Below are positions 56,150-64,000 of a stretch of DNA of 64,000 bases, piece after piece. The position numbers and the translations under genes are program-made. The notes beneath the pieces are model-generated. The model was given only the letters and a program-made list of their open reading frames with translations, did no database searches and was not told the origin of the DNA. The stretch lies in NCBI RefSeq assembly GCF_009914755.1, contig NC_060932.1, one strand, 5' to 3'. The number at the start of each line of letters is the position of its first letter. The first letter of the stretch is position 1. This DNA comes from the human T2T-CHM13v2.0 reference genome, Homo sapiens.

Positions 56150-56510
56150 ATTGACAAATAATTGATTAAGCAAAATGTGGTCTATCCATACAATGAAATA
56201 CTATCCAGTTTCAAAAAGGAAGGAAATTTTGGTATATTCCAGTCACAAAAAGACAAATCCTATACAATTGTACTGATATGAGACACCTAGAGGAGTCATA
56301 TTCATAGAAACAGAAAGTAGAATGGTAGCTAGCAGAGGGAAATGGGGGGCGGTTATTTAATGGGTATAGAGTTTTGGTTTTCCAGGAAGAAAGGTTCTGG
56401 AGACTGGCTGTACAACAATGTGAATATACTTAATACCACTGAACTGTACACTTCAAAATGGTCGAGACGGCAAATTTTACGTCATGCACCTTTGACCACA
56501 AGGTTTAAAA
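56150..56510 (+). mobile_element. Old L1 (L1M) 3'-end fragment
   Basis: aaaatgtggtctatccatacaatgaaatact, gaaagtagaatggt, ccactgaactgtacact motifs typical of L1M 3' ends. Confidence 0.8.
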
Positions 56511-56728
56511 AGATGCCTGTGATCTGGTACCAAGCCCGAAAAGTAACTCCCTTTCTTAATGGAAGTGGTCTTGCCAGCGTGATTAGTGGGGTTCGCATTT
56601 GCCTCCAGTGAGAGAAGAGAAAGGTTGGGCTCCTGGAGGCAGGGAGGGTGTCATGCCCGTGCATCTCCCCTGTGGCCCAAGCACGCTGCCTGGTGGACAG
56701 AAGGTGTTCATCAGTGTTTGCTGGACTA

Positions 56729-57013
<285 letters not shown>

Positions 57014-57886
57014 TCAAACAGGGGTTCATGCCCAATCTGGGCATCACCCCAGAATCCCCACTCCCCAGATGGCCCTGTTTCTCCTGAGCAGGACCAATCT
57101 TGAGGATCCAATGGCTCCATACCCTGGCCACCATTTTCCTGGGAAGGCCACCCAGACACTCCACAGCCTTGGCCCCTCCTCGAACCCCCCTGACACCCCG
57201 TTCTCTTGGGAACGGAGGGGAAAAGCCACAAAGTTGAGGACGGCAAGGCCTTCATTTTTTAAGGAGACTTTGAGAGCTCTGCACACTGCAGTGCCGTCTC
57301 CACGGCAACGGCAAATGCTGAGAAGCCAGGGAGGAAGGGAAAATATGCCTTATTCTTTGGGGGGGAGGGTTAAGGGGGTGGTGTTGAACATTCACGTCAC
57401 CGTGGCAACTGGCCTGCCAAAAGACACCCAGATCGGGAGAGCCGGTTCCAGAGAAAGAGAGCGGGTGAGTAACCCACGCCGGTGCCGTCGGCCTGGGAGC
57501 CAGCTGGCCGCCTCACTCCCCCTGCCTCTGCCAGCTTGAGAGGATGGGGGTCTTCCTCCCACCCACCCCCACACTGGCTTTTAACCCCAGGAAAGGACAC
57601 ACCCACGGAGGACTCTCTCCCATTCCTTTTCTAAGTCAAGCAAATGGCAGGCCAGCAGGTGAGGGGCCCGAGAGGGAGAACTGAGGCCACAGCAAAAGGG
57701 CTCCGCCCCGACCGAGGCCCGTGTGGCCCACCCAGCCAACAGCGAGGCTGTGCCCTGAGCCGGGGCTTTGTCGAGACTTGAGACGTCATCCCCATAGGCG
57801 AAGCCTGCGGCCCCACCCTACCCGGGCTCTCTGCCCCTGCCTGAAGTCTCAGTTGTGGCGCTGATAACAACGCTCCCTCTGTGCTA

Positions 57887-58360
<474 letters not shown>

Positions 58361-60139
58361 TCAGTACATCCCTTGACCCCGGCGAGCTTTCTGGAATGTC
58401 CTCCTCCCAATATCCCTTTCGAGGCGGAACCTCAAGGACCCCTGGAATCCACATGCCTCATGAACCAGATGGGAAAGACTGTACAGGGGAGGCTGGAGAA
58501 GGATGATGGAGGGTGGAAAGGGGTGCCTGCCCGGGGGGCTCTTTGCTCTCCTCGGAGGGGTCTGCAGAGCAGACGGCACCTGACAGGTGGCAGAGGCAGT
58601 GGGAATGCTGCAAAGCCGGGCGGGGACAGATTTGCAGCAGATGGAGCCGAGGAGGGAGGGGGCCCTCAGCCAGCAGGCGTGAAAAGAGAAAGGGGTGGGG
58701 GTGGAGAGGACGGGTGAGAGGCGGAGGAAACGCAGGAAGCACCTGCTGTGGAGCGGAGGTGCGAGGCTTGGGGCAGGTGACAGCCAAGAGCTCACAGGTG
58801 CCAGGGCCCTCGGATTCAGGCCTCTCTCCTCACTGGGGTCAGCAAGCGTTGCCGCGGTACATGGCTGGAAGGACAAGTGCCACGTTGGTGCATGTGGACA
58901 CATTCGTGGTGGGAGGGGTACGCGGCACAGCCGGCTTCAAGCTCTTTTTCCACCCATAACTTTTTTTGATGATCCCTCTTTCTCTTTCGGCCAATCTTCT
59001 CTTGACTCCTTTCAATCATGACTTTTAACATTAACATCTATTAGGGGCCGGCCATGTGCTCATAATTTCACAGACGTCTCATGCAACCTTGGAAGTAGGC
59101 ACACACTATCATTATCTCCATTTTACAGATGAGGCGACTGAGGTTGGGGAGGTACTAACATGCCCAAGGCCACGCAGAGAGCAAATGATTTGAACTCCGG
59201 CACCCAAGCTCTTGATCACTAAGCTAAGATAGTGTCCCCTCATGTGTGGGGGTGGAGGGGCACATGTGTGGCGTGTGTGCATGCATGGGTGCCCATGGTG
59301 TTTCCACCTGGCATTTTTCCTCCTTCCATCGTTTCCTTTCAAGCAACTGCATTTTCTCTCCCCTCCCTGTCTTACTCCTTTGGTTCTCCCCTTATGTCTG
59401 CTGCTCGTCCAGGTATGAGAGGACCTCATCACGGTCACTCTCATGTGTGCTTTAGCTGGGAAGAGCTGACTCTGGCCATGACTCTGGCCTGGCTGGCCTA
59501 GCTCCGGGATGGGGAAGAGCAAAGGGAAGGGGAGTGACAGCGTCTGGGAGGGGACAGCAGACGTGGGTGGGGCATTCTCCAGGGGCATTTGGTCTCCTGC
59601 TTTCCAATCCCTTCCTCCAGCCCAGTTCCTGGCACCCCTCATTTTTCTAAATGTCACCTCCTTCTCTTCTTTCTCCCCTCTTTTTCTCCTCCCCTTGCCC
59701 AGGAGCTAGTGGTGAGGGCATCTTGTGCCTGCAAAAGCAGGTACTTTTATTTATAGCTTCCAGAGGATCCAGCCCACACCTTCCTGTCAATTAAGCTTGC
59801 TCCAGAGCCTGGCACCTCTGTATTAACCTGTGAGTTGCCTGGATGGCAAGTACAGGGTGAAGGCTAAAGGTGATGGCCCTTACCTGCTCCAGGTGTCACT
59901 CAAGTCCTGTTTCATCTTAGCCTCCCACCCCACAGCCAAATGCCGGTGGCTTTGTGCATGGGGAATCCTATGGTAAATAAGCATGGCGGTGCTACCAGGC
60001 CCACCCCAAAATCAGGCAGATGGGATTGAGTGTCTGGAAACAACCCTACCATAATAAACCAGTTTGTAATTCATGGGGACAGGTGTGGAGCAGTGGGGAG
60101 TTACCATCTCTTGGGAACCTGGTGAGAAGCTCCCAGGGA

Positions 60140-61450
60140 GACACACATGTGCCCCTCACACACACACACGCACACACACACACGAACACAGACACACTCC
60201 TACCCAAGAGGCCCTGAGCGGCACCCACCCACACGCTCGGAGGCAGCCCACACTCGTCCCATGAGTAGGCACCTATTCCTGCCTCTCCTTGGAGTCCTCC
60301 TAGAAATAGGGGCAGCTGTGTTTGGCGGTAGGGGTCTCCAGGACCTGGGTGTCTGCTTGTCCCTCCCTCCCTACGGTTCTGGGAAAGCTGAGATGACATC
60401 CCCCCGCTAGCTTGGGAGGGTGGCAGTGAGTGAGCTGGGGTGGACAGAGGGGTGGGTGTGAACCCAAGTTCTCTACACCCAGAAGACTGGGGAAGGGCAG
60501 GGTGTGAGGGACAGGTTGAGGCAACACCCGAGAAACACCCACACTCCTGTGTGGATCCACCCCAAGACAGGCATGTACACACCCACACACAGGCAGGCAC
60601 GCACGCGCATACACACATGCGCCAAGAGTGCCCACCCACCCGCGTCCCACACCTCCGCAGATGTCCTCACTCCCACACACCCATCTCCACATTCAGGTGC
60701 CTGCTGCCACCTTCCACATTCTAAGAATGCCCCACAGTTTTCCCTCTTCAATCTGTCACCTCCATGCACACCCAGACATGTTCATGTCCACAGGCTCACG
60801 CACACACACGTCCACGCACACCGCCTCACAAGCCATATGTGGGGAAAAGAGGATGCCACAGGCACCAACATGCATGTGTGCCACCTCCACAAGAAGGCAC
60901 GCAACCCACACGCCTGCCGGCACACACATGTGTGTTCATACACACAGCAGCCCCCGCCCGAAGTCTGGTATTCTCTCTCGAATCATCTCCAGGCTCAAAG
61001 ACAGACTTTGAAAATGTGTTTGCCTCTGGCCACACTCTGCCAGCCCTGAGCCTTCATGCCAACAGGTTTGTGCACCTACGTGGCTCTGCCCACAGACAAT
61101 GGTTTCTGCCCCTTCTTCTCTTTACCCACTCCATCCTGCTCTGGGTCTCACCTCCCCATATAGAAAGCCCCTGTCTGCATACACTCCCACACACATGAAA
61201 AGGGACATGGTTACCCCTAAATATACTGCCTCATAGTGTCCCCACCCACGCACACCCACAGGCTACTCAAATAAGTCCCCCACACACATGTACCTCACGT
61301 GTGCCAGAAAGATATGTTTCTAGACATGCCTCACACCATTCAAAACCCACACATGAGCATGACTGCGGACAGACGGACCTATCTGCGCCAGCAAGCCTCC
61401 AGCCAACTCGCGAGCGCGCACACACACACGCCGCGCACACCGGTGCCCCT
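60140..61450. repeat. Degenerate CA-rich tracts in PHYHIP intron 1 (UG-rich in the transcript)
   Basis: Interrupted cacac runs, e.g. 60157-60196. Confidence 0.75.
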
Positions 61451-61750
61451 TCCCCATGCCCATTCAAACAGCCACCCTGCCACAGGGAATGCTTCCCCCA
61501 CCCTGCTGTCCCTGTTGGCATCGCTGACTGCAGCAGAACGGTCACGGGGTGACTAACTGTGGTGCCCCAGAGACTGGATTCAGCCATTAACCACTTTGCC
61601 AAAGGCCTGGCCGGGGGGGGGGAGAGGGGACAAGGTCGTCAGGCCTGGCAGTCCAGGTGGGCACCCTGGGTGGTGGCAGGACCCTAGAGCCCCCAGATCC
61701 CGGCTACTCAGGATCAACAGCAGCAGGTTCCAGGGAGGAAGGGTACTCAC

Positions 61751-62050
61751 CTGGCTCCACTGGGCTCTGCAGAGGAAAAGCTCGCAGGGAGGACAGGGAG
61801 AGACCTCTGCGTGGATGAGCTCCCCGGCAGGGGACAGCAGCCGGACGCCTGGGTCACGGGCAGTGGCGTGCGCTTGCTCCTCTCCCGGCTGCCAAGGAGG
61901 CTGCTTCCATGCCCCGCAGCCAGCTCCTGTCTGGCTGTGCAGCGCGTCGCTGCTGCCCCTGGTGAGACGATGTTCCCAGCTGAGCAGCGCAAGAAGAGAG
62001 GCAAGAGCGAAATCAAAGCAGCGTGGAGGAGAGAGAGGCAGAGAAGGGAG
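61751..62050 (-). other. PHYHIP: PHYHIP non-coding first exon (5' end approximate)
   Basis: Consensus donor CCAG|gtgagt at 61751/61750; CpG-enriched; pyrimidine-rich 5' region on the minus strand. Confidence 0.8.
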
Positions 62051-62200
62051 AAAGAACGAGAGAGCCAGACCGAATCTGCCTCCACCAATGGGATCAGCGG
62101 CTGCGCAGCGTCAGGTGATAATAAGCAGGCTTGGTCCCTGCTCGCCGGGCTGGTGGGAGGGGGAAAGGGCAGAGGGTCTCCCAGGGAGCTACACAGATGT
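62050..62200 (-). promoter_or_regulatory. PHYHIP proximal promoter
   Basis: CCAAT 62085-62089, TGCGCA 62102-62107, half-CRE TGACGC (minus, 62108-62113), just upstream of the first exon. Confidence 0.6.
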
Positions 62201-63728
62201 CCTCAGGGACAGCAACACACGCCGCCTTTCCCCCATTCTTCCAGGACAAGCTGCCCTCAGAAGTCCCTCCAACACACCCCCTACTTGGAAATCTCTGACT
62301 TGAATGCAGCCCCCAAACTTTAGGATGCTGGGAGAGGGGTGGAGCTTAGCCAAGGGCTTGGGCCCCAAAGCAAAGACTCTGATTGGGGGAAGGGGAGGGA
62401 GGCTGTAGAGGGGAAAGGTCCAGATGGGGGGTGTGAAGCTGGGGTGGCTGTCTTCAGTCCGGAGCCTCTCCTTGGGGCCTTTTGGTGAACTGTGGTTCCA
62501 TTTTCTTACCAACTCTAGAGAGAGATGGCAGACCTGCAGCTCAGGGATCCCTGTGGGTCTGGCAAGAACCCTCTGGCAGCTTGGGGGTCCACAGGAAAAG
62601 GGGCTGGGAGAGAGGCTGTGGCACAGTGCAGGGTGCACAGGGGTAAGAAAATGGGGGTGGGAGAACACACCAAGCTCTGAGTGTCCTCAGCCCACCCCAC
62701 TCTCTGAGCACAAAGGAAGCCGGCCCTGGGCATCTTGGGGAGAGAATGTAATTCTGCTCTCACGGCAGCAGGAGGCTGTTCTGCCATCAAGAAGCAGACT
62801 CCGTGGAGGCCATCGGGAAGAACATCCAAGGAAATGTGAGTCCAGCAGCAAGCAGGGACAGAGGGTTGCGCAGTGGTGAAAAGCACAGGCTCACAGTCAG
62901 ATGGATGTGCTGAGAATCCCTGCTCTACTGCTACCCAGCTGGGGGACCTTGGACAAGCCACTCAACCTCTCTTCATCTGTCAAGTGGGATCACACAGGTT
63001 TATTGTCATCATGGAATGAAATAATTAGGTAAATCGCCCAGCCCTGGGCCTGGCACATCAGAAGTGCCAGTCACATGTCAGAACTGTTCTTGTTCCCATC
63101 ATATCGACAGCATCTTCCTGCAAGGAGCCCACAGTCCTCTACGGGAGAGAAGATGGCCATTTAGAGGATGCAATTAGAGAATGAGGAGCACACAACTAAA
63201 TCGTAGGGCACAGATACTCATTCAGAGAAAGAACAATGGGCGGCTCCAGGGCACGTGCAGGGTGCAGGCCAGAGGAGGCTGTGGAAGCAGGAGTGCGGCT
63301 GGGGTGGGGAGGATTGGCACGGGGGCAGCTGACACCAGGCAGGCCCAGGGTGAGGTCTTGGTGAGCAGGAGAAGGTGTGAGCTGAGCCTAAGAAACACTC
63401 ACCAAGAGGGAGTTGAGGCGGCAGGCCTCAGTGCAAAAGTCAGAGGAGGTAACAGCAGCAGAAAGTGAGAGTTCACAGAATGCAAAGACAAGCAGAAGCC
63501 AACCCTGCCTGAAACGGCTGTGAGAACCTCAGTGAGCCTGGCCAGGTCCTGAACTGCCGAATGTGGGGTGGTGCGTGGCACTGAGGCAGGACTAAGCACC
63601 CCCTTGGCCAAGCATGACTACGTCCTGCTCCGACATACCCACGCCGAGCTGGTGAGCTCAGAAGAGATGCAAAACGTAACCTCCTGGTGATGGCCAGCAC
63701 ATGACATCTGGACTACAATTCTGTCCCA

Positions 63729-64000
<272 letters not shown>

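Overview
Human (primate) genomic DNA, GC-rich and Alu-dense, holding two convergent genes. This arrangement matches the BMP1-PHYHIP locus at 8p21.3. Plus strand: BMP1 (procollagen C-proteinase / mammalian tolloid), from inside intron 1 to the poly(A) site at about 42.3 kb. Exon 1, with the ATG and signal peptide, lies upstream of the window. I traced exons 2-20 by GT-AG boundaries and they join in frame. Assuming the 148 coding nt of the absent exon 1, they give the 986-aa mTLD form (astacin protease, 5 CUB, 2 EGF). An alternative terminal exon (31072-31157, poly(A) signal AGTAAA) gives the 730-aa BMP1-1 form. Four minor alternative exons or acceptors give truncated or His-rich tails. Minus strand: the complete PHYHIP gene (330 aa, FN3 plus a C-terminal domain), with a non-coding first exon and promoter at about 61.7-62.1 kb. 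Both genes are known, and I see no wholly new gene. The best novel leads are all hypotheses. (1) The PHYHIP C-terminal domain has ordered motifs resembling an ADP-ribosyltransferase fold (R142/S185/E285), plus a possible Zn site. (2) The BMP1 His exon is dual-frame and could act as an NMD switch. (3) An Alu-flanked exon 17-18 circle would be a stop-free poly-CUB4 ORF. (4) Intron 8 has an 89%-identical local duplication, and one copy carries CRE/AP-1/E-box motifs. (5) PHYHIP has uORFs and a candidate cassette 5'UTR exon. (6) Intron 9 has a perfect 17-bp hairpin. Repeat family names are by eye and their boundaries are approximate.
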